From Nanobdellota archaeon (GTDB taxonomy: Archaea; Nanobdellota; Nanobdellia; Pacearchaeales; GW2011-AR1): a DNA stretch of 64,000 nucleotides. A program made the position numbers and the translations under genes. The stretch spans positions 188,414-252,413 of the forward strand of contig JBBSXC010000003.1 of the NCBI GenBank assembly GCA_038045945.1. The letters are read 5' to 3'. Shown here piece after piece: positions 19,538-28,632 of this stretch (positions are counted from its first letter, which is position 1; the number at the start of each line of letters is the position of its first letter). The notes beneath the pieces were generated by a model, which was given only the letters and a program-made list of their open reading frames with translations, searched no databases and had not been told where the DNA came from.

Positions 19538-20161
19538 ATGATTATGAAGTGTGGTTTCTGCAACCAGGACCTAGGGTTACCTAAAATCAGAAAAAGATTT
19601 TGTAGTCCTCTCTGCCAAAGAAAACATTATGTAAGAAGGCCGGAGATAAGGGAAAAGTATAGACTAAGGATAAAAGAATACAGAAGAACTCATCCCGAAT
19701 GGAGAGAGAAACACCGAATCCTTCAAGCGACCTATAAAGAGAAAAGGCAAGCATATTGGAAAGAATATGGAAAAAGACCTGAGGTTAGAGCTAGGATAAG
19801 AGAAAAAGAAAGATGGAGACTAAAAAACGATCCACAATATGCCATTGCCGACCGTTTAAGGCGTTCATTACGCCACGCTTTAACCAAATACTCAAAAACT
19901 GGGAAGACTATGAGATCAAAAAAGTATGGTCTTAAATTCGCCGAGATATTCGAAAAATTGAAACCTTTTCCTCAAAATCTTTCAGATTATGATATTGACC
20001 ATATAATCCCCTTAAGAATATTTGATTTAAACAATATAGAACAAGTAAAGAGAGCTTTCGCACCCAATAATCTTCAGTGGTTAACTATGAGAGAAAATAG
20101 GAAGAAAAGTGGTAAATACCCATTTGACAAGCTTAAACAAGTTGTTAAGGAAAATTTATAA
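19538..20161 (+). CDS. HNH homing-endonuclease-like protein
   Basis: N-terminal CxxC..FCSxxC, basic helical linker, IDHIIP..FDL..NLQWL..ENRKKS. Confidence 0.8.
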   Translation: MIMKCGFCNQDLGLPKIRKRFCSPLCQRKHYVRRPEIREKYRLRIKEYRRTHPEWREKHRILQATYKEKRQAYWKEYGKRPEVRARIREKERWRLKNDPQYAIADRLRRSLRHALTKYSKTGKTMRSKKYGLKFAEIFEKLKPFPQNLSDYDIDHIIPLRIFDLNNIEQVKRAFAPNNLQWLTMRENRKKSGKYPFDKLKQVVKENL

Positions 20162-20199
20162 GCCACTTATAGATATAGTTGTATGGTGATTAAATAGAA

Positions 20200-20637
20200 A
20201 TGCATCAATGCGTCCACTGTAGTTTTATTTATCCCGATGCTAGTAGGGAGCTCTTAGAAGGATGTAGTAATAATAGTTGCGGAAGCAGATTCTTCTATTA
20301 CATTAAGAAAATGCCTGAAAAGAAAGAGATGATAATACCCATGGAATTATCAGTCATGGATAAAAAGCAGGTAGAAAAAGACGTTAGGGAAATGATGGGA
20401 GCGCAAGAAGAGGATGTTCCAGTAATACTTGATTTAGAATCAATAAGAATAGCAGGACCTGGAAAATTCGAAATAGACGTAGTAAACCTCCTAGACAAGA
20501 AAAGACCACTAATATACAAGCTAGACGAAGGAAAATACGTCATCGATTTAGCATCAACACTAAAAGTTAACCTAAACGAAATAAATAAAAAGATAAGAAA
20601 ACCTAAGAGAATGAGAAAAGAGGAGAAAAATGGTTAA
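20200..20637 (+). CDS. oapC: Zn-ribbon protein DUF2072 (OapC family)
   Basis: HQCVHC..GC..CGSRFFYY, ESIRI..GKFEID, GKYVIDL; GGTGA RBS upstream. Confidence 0.85.
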   Translation: MHQCVHCSFIYPDASRELLEGCSNNSCGSRFFYYIKKMPEKKEMIIPMELSVMDKKQVEKDVREMMGAQEEDVPVILDLESIRIAGPGKFEIDVVNLLDKKRPLIYKLDEGKYVIDLASTLKVNLNEINKKIRKPKRMRKEEKNG

Positions 20638-22084
20638 AAACAAGAAGAATAAAAGAAAGGTTAATAAAAAAGCAGTAAGGTTAGTGAAAAAGCAAAATAA
20701 GAAGAAAATAAGAAAAACTACAAAAAAAAGTCATAAGGCTAAAGTTGTTATAAAGAAAAAGGCAAAAAATCACAACACTAAAGTAAAAACCTTAAGAAAA
20801 AACATTAAGGTTGATGATAAAAAAATTGATTCTTTACTACAACAGGTAATAAATGAGATAAAACCTTCTAATGATTACTACCAAGCTATAAAGATTCGAA
20901 CTGATGAAGTAATAAGTAAGATTAGTAAGGCAATAAAGAGCAAGGATATTGATGCCTCAATCTTTGTTGGTGGAAGCCTAGCGAAAGGAACACTACTAAA
21001 GAAAGATGTTAATGACGTTGACTTATTCATAAGGTTTGAGGACGAAAAAATAGAAAAATTTGCAGAAATAATGAAGGAAACAAAAGAAGACTACAGAATG
21101 ATTCATGGTTCCAGAGACTATGCACAAATACGCAAAGACAACATAATTTTTGAGATAATACCAGTTATGAAAATTAATAATCCTAAAGAAGCTAACAACG
21201 TAACAGACTTAACATACTTCCACGTTGATTACGTCCTAGAAAAAATAAGTAAGAATCCAGAATTAATCAACCAAATAGTATTAACTAAAACTTTCGCTCA
21301 CGCGAGCGGTGCTTACGGCGCTGAAAGCTACATTAAAGGATTCTCAGGATACGCTATAGAATTATTAATGATTCATTACGGAAGCTTGAAAAACTTTGCT
21401 GTTGCAGTAGCTAACAGTAATGAAAAACAAAAAATTATTATCGACACACAAAAACATTACAAAGGAAAAAGAGTCATTCACGAAGTTAACGGTTCTAAAC
21501 TAAAATCGCCAATAGTGCTCATTGACCCAACATTCAAAGAAAGAAACGCATTAGCAGCACTAAGTGAAGAAACATACAAAAAATTCAAGGAGTACTGCAT
21601 AGAATTCCTAAAAAACCCTAGCGAAGAATCATTCAAAGAAAAAATTATTGATAGAAAAAAGCTTTTTGACCAAGCAATGAATAACGGACGAGACTTCGCA
21701 ATAATCGAAATAACAACAAACAAACAAGAAGGAGACGTTGCCGGAACAAAACTACTAAAATTCTCAAAAATGTTCGCAAGCGAAATGAAAAGATACTACG
21801 AAAACCCAGAAATAACCTTTTATTATGATGAAAAACAAAGAGGAATAATGTTCTTCACAGGGAAAAAAATCAAAGAAGCAATAATTAAGGGACCACCAAT
21901 AAACATGCCTGAAGCAGTTAAAGCATTCATGAAAAAGTATCAAGCAACTATAAATGACGGGAAAAACCTTTGCGCAGCAGTATCACTAAACTTAGACTTC
22001 TCAGAAGCACTAAAAAGGTTTATAGTAATGCATACTAAAACCATGAAAGAGATGGGTATAACAAGCATTAAAGAAATAAACTAA
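20630..22084 (+). CDS. cca: archaeal class I CCA-adding enzyme
   Basis: GGSLAKGT..DVDLF, YGAE..GFSGY, IDP..RN motifs. Confidence 0.92.
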   Translation: MVKNKKNKRKVNKKAVRLVKKQNKKKIRKTTKKSHKAKVVIKKKAKNHNTKVKTLRKNIKVDDKKIDSLLQQVINEIKPSNDYYQAIKIRTDEVISKISKAIKSKDIDASIFVGGSLAKGTLLKKDVNDVDLFIRFEDEKIEKFAEIMKETKEDYRMIHGSRDYAQIRKDNIIFEIIPVMKINNPKEANNVTDLTYFHVDYVLEKISKNPELINQIVLTKTFAHASGAYGAESYIKGFSGYAIELLMIHYGSLKNFAVAVANSNEKQKIIIDTQKHYKGKRVIHEVNGSKLKSPIVLIDPTFKERNALAALSEETYKKFKEYCIEFLKNPSEESFKEKIIDRKKLFDQAMNNGRDFAIIEITTNKQEGDVAGTKLLKFSKMFASEMKRYYENPEITFYYDEKQRGIMFFTGKKIKEAIIKGPPINMPEAVKAFMKKYQATINDGKNLCAAVSLNLDFSEALKRFIVMHTKTMKEMGITSIKEIN

Positions 22085-22089
22085 AAAAA

Positions 22090-22194
22090 TTATTGCTCCA
22101 AAGAGTCATTATCTAAGAACCTTTTAGCTTTCTTCTTACTCTTCTTCTTAAAATTCTTGTACTCATCTAAAGGCTTTTTTGATGGCTTAATCAT
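22090..22194 (-). CDS. 34-aa Lys-rich peptide (not in ORF track)
   Basis: MIKPSKKPLDEYKNFKKKSKKKAKRFLDNDSLEQ; ATG overlaps the TGA of the upstream small ORF. Confidence 0.4.
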   Translation of the reverse strand: MIKPSKKPLDEYKNFKKKSKKKAKRFLDNDSLEQ

Positions 22195-22370
22195 CTTTTC
22201 AATAAAGACTTATTCTTTATATTCTTTCTCATTTTAGGACTATTTTTTAAGTGCTTAAAAAACTCTACTTGTTTCAGACGCTTGCGAGCCTCTTCTTTTG
22301 TCCCATAAGTCCCCATTTTCCTACCACTTTGCGCAACAACAGTATACTTATTACCTGCTTTTTTAATCAT
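22191..22370 (-). CDS. 59-aa small basic protein (not in ORF track)
   Basis: MIKKAGNKYTVVAQSGRKMGTYGTKEEARKRLKQVEFFKH...; TATA-like box upstream. Confidence 0.7.
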   Translation of the reverse strand: MIKKAGNKYTVVAQSGRKMGTYGTKEEARKRLKQVEFFKHLKNSPKMRKNIKNKSLLKR

Positions 22371-22424
22371 AAATAAGAATAATTTTTACAATATTTTAAT
22401 GATTGTAGTAAATAATAAGACTAA

Positions 22425-22739
22425 TTAATCGCTATCAGTTATTCTCTCTAAATCGTAACCAAACTTTTTCTTAACATACTTAGGAATTAAGTCAATAACA
22501 CTCTCATACTTACCAACAATTACTACTTCTGGTAATGTGTCATCAGAACCAATAGTCATGAATGCATGCCTTCTAGAAGGACCTAAAGCATAAGACCCAT
22601 CATCACAGATCATTCCAGGAACATTTAAAGCATGATTATAAAACTTCATTGATAAAGCATTAATTCCACCATCACCAATAACACTATACCTAACAACTAA
22701 AGAAGTATCAGCTTCACGAGGACAGTTAGAATCAGTCAT
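22425..22739 (-). CDS. hypothetical protein
   Basis: 104 aa, AGGAGG RBS, follows trmB. Confidence 0.7.
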   Translation of the reverse strand: MTDSNCPREADTSLVVRYSVIGDGGINALSMKFYNHALNVPGMICDDGSYALGPSRRHAFMTIGSDDTLPEVVIVGKYESVIDLIPKYVKKKFGYDLERITDSD

Positions 22740-22749
22740 TATTCCTCCT

Positions 22750-23544
22750 TTAAGCTCTTCTTTGGCTAGGACCTGTTGCTACATCAAAAAGAGTTGCTAG
22801 GCTGTTAGCGAAGAATTCGCTATTAATCCAAATACCCACTTCTTGGTCTTCGTGTTCAGAATTAGTAACCATCATTAAAGCTTGGTTTCTATCAACAATT
22901 ATGAATTTTGCGTCTACTGGAACCTTAAAAGTTTTAATTTTTAGCTTAGCAGCAACATCTCTAAGCTCTAAGTCATTACCACTTAATCCTAACTTGATAA
23001 CAACACCAGATTTCTTAAGTCTTGCGAAAACTTGATCGAAAACTTTGTATCTTCTTAAAATTTCCATAGCATCAATGCAAAAAATAACCTCTTTAGAAGC
23101 ATTCTCAACAATTTCTTTAAGGTAATTGTAAATGTTGCTTTTTCCCTTAATAGCGCTTGATAAATCGCCATGCTTTACTGGTTCTATACCAGAATTGTGT
23201 AATTGTTCAAGAGCAGTAAATTCTTCAGTTCCTCTTAAACCAACTAAAACTTTAACTTTTTCATCAGCTTCTCTTCTAGCGTTGTTCTTAAGCTTCTCAA
23301 TAACCATTCCAGGCTTAATAGCCATATACTTTACAGGCTTACCAAGCTTAGTTATAGCAAAACCATTCTTTTCAAGTGATTCTAAAACGTCATAAGTTCT
23401 ACTTCTAGGAACGCCAGAAACTTCGGATATTTCACCAACAGAAGAAACACCACGAGTTAGCAAAGCTAACCACACTTTAGTCTCATAAATATTAAGAGAA
23501 AAATAAGACTTAATCTTCTTAACAAGTTCAGGTTTAACCATCAT
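22750..23544 (-). CDS. TrmB family transcriptional regulator
   Basis: YETKVWLALL..SGVPRSRTYDVLESL..GKPVKY wHTH plus effector-binding domain. Confidence 0.9.
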   Translation of the reverse strand: MMVKPELVKKIKSYFSLNIYETKVWLALLTRGVSSVGEISEVSGVPRSRTYDVLESLEKNGFAITKLGKPVKYMAIKPGMVIEKLKNNARREADEKVKVLVGLRGTEEFTALEQLHNSGIEPVKHGDLSSAIKGKSNIYNYLKEIVENASKEVIFCIDAMEILRRYKVFDQVFARLKKSGVVIKLGLSGNDLELRDVAAKLKIKTFKVPVDAKFIIVDRNQALMMVTNSEHEDQEVGIWINSEFFANSLATLFDVATGPSQRRA

Positions 23545-23546
23545 AT

Positions 23547-23810
23547 TTAATTTTTCCTATAAGTTAATTTAATCTGAGATAAAACAGAATTACCATCAGC
23601 AGCTAATAGTTCAGGCATTATTGTGCGAACATCATGAATAGCCCTGTCATATAGCTCTCTGTTTCTAGCAAGATCTGAAGAAACATAAGCTAAGTAGAAT
23701 AATCCACCCTTAGGACCATTTTGAGTAGCAGGAATTCTAGTAATTACCTCATCGTCACTACATCTAACTTCTTTATCAGAAGTTACTCTAATTTCTAATT
23801 TATCAGTCAT
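23547..23810 (-). CDS. hypothetical protein
   Basis: 87-aa ORF upstream of trmB, TATA-like box about 25 nt upstream. Confidence 0.65.
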   Translation of the reverse strand: MTDKLEIRVTSDKEVRCSDDEVITRIPATQNGPKGGLFYLAYVSSDLARNRELYDRAIHDVRTIMPELLAADGNSVLSQIKLTYRKN

Positions 23811-23917
23811 ATTATAACCACCAATTAATAGTGCTTTATAAATGTTTCCATAATGTTGTATCTTAAAAGTAGTTAAAAAATGACAAGATTTATTAACTTA
23901 TACCGAGTAATAAAAAT

Positions 23918-24340
23918 ATGAGAAAATTGTTTAAGAATATAAAAAAATCTTTTTTAGAATATTTTCTTAGCCTAAGTGCAGGTGAATTTTATAAAAATCA
24001 GATGACTATTCGCGGAGAATTTGATAGTAACTATCGTAAAAAATTTAGTTCATTAGGAGACCTGAGAGGTCTTATAAGCATAGGTGACAACTATGTACCA
24101 AATATGCTAACACCATTATCAGCGATTATTTCAGGAACGTCAATAATACAAAATGATACAGAGGGCATTACTAATGGAATAATGATACTTTTTACATCAG
24201 AATTAATAAGAAACGGTTTCAGCCTTTATGAAAGAAGGTTCATACGTCCAGGGACAGAGAAAACAACTGAAGAAATGGTTAGAAAATTCAAGGAAGAAGA
24301 AAGATTAGCAAAAAATTATGGGGATATAAGAAATGGGTAA
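23918..24340 (+). CDS. hypothetical protein
   Basis: 140-aa ORF, first of a + strand run. Confidence 0.6.
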   Translation: MRKLFKNIKKSFLEYFLSLSAGEFYKNQMTIRGEFDSNYRKKFSSLGDLRGLISIGDNYVPNMLTPLSAIISGTSIIQNDTEGITNGIMILFTSELIRNGFSLYERRFIRPGTEKTTEEMVRKFKEEERLAKNYGDIRNG

Positions 24341-24833
24341 GATAGTAGGTTTTATATTAGTGTTCTTATTAGGATTCTTAGTAGCAACAACTATTAATCA
24401 CGTCTTTAGTTTAGAGAAGCCATTCTCATTATCAGCTCTTACAACTTTCTCTAGCGGGATAACTGGTAACGCTATTGCTCCAGAAAGAATACTTAGCGCT
24501 GGAGACATAGAAGTTTACCCTAACAAAATAGTTATTAATGTTGCTAACTCCTCACTCTCTCGTTACGCAGCTACCGGTAGCATGATCCCTACACTTAACG
24601 AGAACTCTAAAGGAATTAAAATACCAGTGACTTCCAAAAACCAACTCCACATTGGAGACATTGTAACTTACCAAGACGCTAATAGTAATGACCTAATTAT
24701 TCACAGAATTATTGGTATCAGCTTTGACGAAAAAGGAGACTTCTACATAATAAAAGGAGATAACAACATAGTAAGTGACGGTAAAATACGCTTTGAACAA
24801 ATAAAATACAAACTAGTAGTTTTAGTATACTAA
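24333..24833 (+). CDS. S26/Sec11-type signal peptidase-like protein
   Basis: N-terminal TM; TGSMIPTL (Ser), GDIV, IIHRI (His), KGDNN. Confidence 0.85.
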   Translation: MGKIVGFILVFLLGFLVATTINHVFSLEKPFSLSALTTFSSGITGNAIAPERILSAGDIEVYPNKIVINVANSSLSRYAATGSMIPTLNENSKGIKIPVTSKNQLHIGDIVTYQDANSNDLIIHRIIGISFDEKGDFYIIKGDNNIVSDGKIRFEQIKYKLVVLVY

Positions 24834-24834
24834 A

Positions 24835-25215
24835 ATGGCTTTAGATATTATAGCCGCTGGTGAAGTACTATCCCAAAAAGGGTTAGTAGAAAGGTATGAA
24901 GATGGTTTTAGACAGATTGACAGCAGATGTTACGAAATTGCTTGCGAACTTAGTGAAATTCTAGGCTACAATTTTCCGCCTATTGAAGTAACTTTATCAA
25001 TAGTCTTTAAAGAAAGAATTGCAAGATTAGGAATGAGGGATTCACCTTTAGAATCAATGCCAAAATCTGAAGGGAGATTAGTTGTAAGAGGAAAGACCGA
25101 TTCAGTCACGGATCATGTTACCTTAAAAGTTAATGAATTAGAATATAACTACGGCGTTGGAGACGCAGAAGGTTATATAGTAGAAATGGAGATACCTTTA
25201 ACAAAGAAAAAATAA
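24835..25215 (+). CDS. hypothetical protein
   Basis: 126-aa ORF, 1 nt after the upstream stop. Confidence 0.65.
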   Translation: MALDIIAAGEVLSQKGLVERYEDGFRQIDSRCYEIACELSEILGYNFPPIEVTLSIVFKERIARLGMRDSPLESMPKSEGRLVVRGKTDSVTDHVTLKVNELEYNYGVGDAEGYIVEMEIPLTKKK

Positions 25216-25217
25216 AA

Positions 25218-25703
25218 ATGACTAACAAATACTTTTCTTTTGCTAAGAATTCTGTTATAACAATTGCTGCAAGTGTAGCAGCTGGCGCAGGGGCTTCAGA
25301 ATTAGCAAGTTGCTTTACGGATGATCCATCAAAAATTTCTATAGCAGCAACAGCATCACAATACGTTACGGGATGGGCAACATTCTTACCATTACAAGCA
25401 TGGGACAGTAGAGAACAGTACAGAACAACCAAAGGAAAATTCGACAAAAAAAGATTCTTATTAGACAATTTAAAATTTGGTATTGCCCTAACAGGACTAG
25501 ACGTAGCGTATATTATTGGAAGACCTTTCTTACAAAACAATTTTTTAAATAACAGACTGAACGCTGCCGAGTCTTCTTTAAGAACAGATTACATCCTCGT
25601 ACCAGCCTATACGATCGCCGCGATAGCAGCAGCAAAAATTACTGGAATACTAAAAACAAAAAGGGAAAATGAATCAATATTAGAAGAAGAGGTAAAAAAA
25701 TGA
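25218..25703 (+). CDS. hypothetical membrane protein
   Basis: 161 aa, several Ala-rich hydrophobic helices. Confidence 0.65.
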   Translation: MTNKYFSFAKNSVITIAASVAAGAGASELASCFTDDPSKISIAATASQYVTGWATFLPLQAWDSREQYRTTKGKFDKKRFLLDNLKFGIALTGLDVAYIIGRPFLQNNFLNNRLNAAESSLRTDYILVPAYTIAAIAAAKITGILKTKRENESILEEEVKK

Positions 25704-26272
25704 CTAATCATACACCAAAACCCCACCACGTAACTATTGCTAGAGATAGAGAATATAGAACAGCAGTAGTAGTTGGCAAAATAAACGGCGATTTAAAAGA
25801 GCCGCAAAGTTATTTTTTAAGAGAAGGAATGGAAGTAGCACATAATGAATCATCAAAAAAGGTTTTTGGAAGGAAGGTTCATCATCATAACCTTGAAGCA
25901 ATATCCCTTGATCCAATAATGGTAATAAACTTATCATTCACTGAAGAATTAAGAGTTGCTTGTTTATTAATGAGCACTATGAGTAGAAATACAACAGTTG
26001 AAGACCTCTTAGGACTAGCGGATGATTTATCCATAGTGCCAGAAACCCGCACAAATACATACTATAACCCAAAACATGGAAAAATGTTAACAGATCATGC
26101 AATGAGTTTAAGTTTTGATTATGACAAAATTTTAGAAGTCTCAAAAATGATGAATATCCCTTTAGAAATAGTTTTTGGGGCAGTAAGTTATAACAATTTC
26201 ATTAAATCAAACGGAAGAGAAGAACAAAGCTACGTTGAAGTATTTAAAAAATTCGGGATTGAGTTTAGATAA
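25700..26272 (+). CDS. hypothetical protein, paralog of the next gene
   Basis: Shares HHVxIA, EAxSxxPIM, PLExxFGxxxY and KFGI with 26277-26810. Confidence 0.75.
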   Translation: MTNHTPKPHHVTIARDREYRTAVVVGKINGDLKEPQSYFLREGMEVAHNESSKKVFGRKVHHHNLEAISLDPIMVINLSFTEELRVACLLMSTMSRNTTVEDLLGLADDLSIVPETRTNTYYNPKHGKMLTDHAMSLSFDYDKILEVSKMMNIPLEIVFGAVSYNNFIKSNGREEQSYVEVFKKFGIEFR

Positions 26273-26276
26273 CAAA

Positions 26277-26810
26277 ATGGTTAATAAAGAACATCACGTG
26301 CACATAGCAAAACATGAACAGTTAGTTTTTGTTGGAATAGAAGGAAAATTGGATGAATCATTAGAAAAAACTCAAGAGGCATTAAAAAGTAAAGGCATGG
26401 AATCAGAAATATACCAAGACCCGCAAAGGGGCAGAGGCATAGAAGCAGTATCTTTTAACCCAATAATGAGTGTTGGGATATTGCAAGCTGGTAGAAGAAA
26501 TAATCATGCTTTAGTAATCAAGGCAATTAATAGGCCTGGACTCAGTACAGAAACTTTACAATTAGCAAGGGATATAAGAATAACCCCTTCTAGTGGTTAC
26601 TCAAGGAACTTCTACGCAAAACTGGAACAATTTAGCGACCAACTAGCTCTCGAGTACGAACTTATCAGTTTTATAGCGATTAAAGCAGGCGTCCCTTTAG
26701 AAAAAGCTTTTGGAACAATAACATATGGCGGATTACTAGAAAGGTGCAGAGGATATACCTCTCACGAAGCTTTTGCTGAGTCTCTTAGAAAGTTTGGAAT
26801 AAAAAATTAA
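26277..26810 (+). CDS. hypothetical protein, paralog of the previous gene
   Basis: Start reassigned to MVNKEHHV by alignment with the paralog. Confidence 0.75.
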   Translation: MVNKEHHVHIAKHEQLVFVGIEGKLDESLEKTQEALKSKGMESEIYQDPQRGRGIEAVSFNPIMSVGILQAGRRNNHALVIKAINRPGLSTETLQLARDIRITPSSGYSRNFYAKLEQFSDQLALEYELISFIAIKAGVPLEKAFGTITYGGLLERCRGYTSHEAFAESLRKFGIKN

Positions 26811-27776
26811 CTAACGTATTAAGTACGCTGCTATTAGCCCTAAAAATATTCCAGCGCTTATGAAAGGCATTGCTGGATAAAACTTACCTTTCTCGGAGTA
26901 ATATAATAATAATGATAATGCTATAGTTGCACCAATAGTTACCATTAATGCAGGTAGTAAACCCCAAAGTGTTAATACAACACCAGCAGCAATAATTGGG
27001 AAAACTACGTCTCCCCCACCAAGAATTGCTAAGTGAACTTTAATACCTTTAATTTTTTGTTCTTTACCCTTAACGCTCAATTTTTGCGATTTAATCTTTT
27101 CAAGTTTTACTTTATCATCCTTTTTTAAGTATGGTACGAAGAATCCTGCGAAGAATTTTAGTTCATTAATTTGGTACTTAGCCATTTTTTGCATGAATCC
27201 TGAATGCCAAACAGCATACATATCATAAGCTGAAATTATTACTAATAATGCGGCAACAGTCCAAATGTTAAGTATTGGAATAAAAGCGACGGATATTCCA
27301 GGATAAATTAATAATTCTGACAAGTTGTGAGTTATCATCTCTCTCTTAAAAACTTTAAGGTAAGAGATAGGCAAGGCGAGAACAAAAGCTAATAATTCTG
27401 AGATTGTAGGATGAAAAAGAGGGATGTTTAAAACTTTTATTCCAAAAACAGGATTAATATTAACTATTATTATATTAAATACTAAACCAATAGCTAAACA
27501 AACAACTAAGAAGAACCATGATCGTAAAAAGATAGCTGCTTTAAACTTCATTAAAAGAAAAATTATACTAACAGCTAAAATAAAAGAAAAAATTATGCTG
27601 CCCAAAGCCGGAGCGGCGTCTATTGGAGGAGGAGCCATACCATAAGGAACAGTGTTAGCTGTAAGGTTTCCAACAAGTATTGGAGTATTATAAGAATGAA
27701 CAACGAATAAGCCGATAATTTGAGCTACTAAGAACATTCCAACAAGAATTAATGTGACTTTCCAATGATGCTTCAT
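26811..27776 (-). CDS. presenilin/signal-peptide-peptidase family intramembrane aspartyl protease
   Basis: Multi-TM; YD, LGGGD and PAMP motifs. Confidence 0.9.
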   Translation of the reverse strand: MKHHWKVTLILVGMFLVAQIIGLFVVHSYNTPILVGNLTANTVPYGMAPPPIDAAPALGSIIFSFILAVSIIFLLMKFKAAIFLRSWFFLVVCLAIGLVFNIIIVNINPVFGIKVLNIPLFHPTISELLAFVLALPISYLKVFKREMITHNLSELLIYPGISVAFIPILNIWTVAALLVIISAYDMYAVWHSGFMQKMAKYQINELKFFAGFFVPYLKKDDKVKLEKIKSQKLSVKGKEQKIKGIKVHLAILGGGDVVFPIIAAGVVLTLWGLLPALMVTIGATIALSLLLYYSEKGKFYPAMPFISAGIFLGLIAAYLIR

Positions 27777-27834
27777 AAATTATTATTTTACCTCTTTGAA
27801 TTAGATTATTATAATAAAACACACTTAATAAATG

Positions 27835-28584
27835 TTAAGAAACAAAAGAATCAGTACTAGTTTTTAGGAATCTATCAGTTTCGACTAATTTTACTCTTCT
27901 AAACAAATCAACAAGTTCTTCCAATCTAGAATCATAAGAAAAGGCATTTCTCAGACCACTAGAGTTCAAATCATAAAATTCCATCTCGCAACCACGCTTT
28001 TTAACACCAATAATAACTACATTAGAATTTGAAAAGTCAACACCTAAATCAACAACATCACCTTTAGAGCTTATGCCCAATGGAACATAACCCCCGCCTT
28101 GACATAATAAAAGATCCGTAGAATAACCAACACGACAAGTTTGATTGAAAATTCTTTTAACTCCATACCCAGAATCTGCTAATGGAATAACTCTTTTAAA
28201 GCTTGGATCAACAACTAAGGGGTTAGAAGAAGTAACTGAATCAATTATACTTCTGTGTTCACTAAAATGGTTAGGACCCATCAAGTTATGATTGCTAACT
28301 AATAAAAAACAATGAGTATCATTATCACCAGGGAAGAATTCTGGTTCTGTACCTGTAGTTCTAATAACATGTAGGTTTGGATAAGTTCTTCTTATCTCTT
28401 TATAAGCAGCATTCATTAATTCTCCACAAGAACCTACAGTGCTAGTATGACCGCGATTATAAAATGGGTAGAACTTAACCTGACCAGTTTGCCGGTTAGA
28501 AGTCGCTTTTATCCCATTATGCAATATGTTGAACTGTCCGTATTCGTAAGAAGCTACCAAGTCGGTTAATTCTTTAGTATTCAT
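27835..28584 (-). CDS. hypothetical protein, possible Cys-His-Asp (transglutaminase/NAT-like) enzyme
   Basis: GSCGELMN..THCFLL..VVDPSF. Confidence 0.5.
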   Translation of the reverse strand: MNTKELTDLVASYEYGQFNILHNGIKATSNRQTGQVKFYPFYNRGHTSTVGSCGELMNAAYKEIRRTYPNLHVIRTTGTEPEFFPGDNDTHCFLLVSNHNLMGPNHFSEHRSIIDSVTSSNPLVVDPSFKRVIPLADSGYGVKRIFNQTCRVGYSTDLLLCQGGGYVPLGISSKGDVVDLGVDFSNSNVVIIGVKKRGCEMEFYDLNSSGLRNAFSYDSRLEELVDLFRRVKLVETDRFLKTSTDSFVS

Positions 28585-28632
28585 AAAAAAAGGATAAAAG
28601 TAGGCTTATAAGGCTTTTAGATGATGTATCAC

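Noticed and set aside
16402-20637. Replication origin near the oap genes or mcm
   Set aside because: No cdc6/orc1 gene, no ORB-like repeats, no long intergenic region and no visible skew switch
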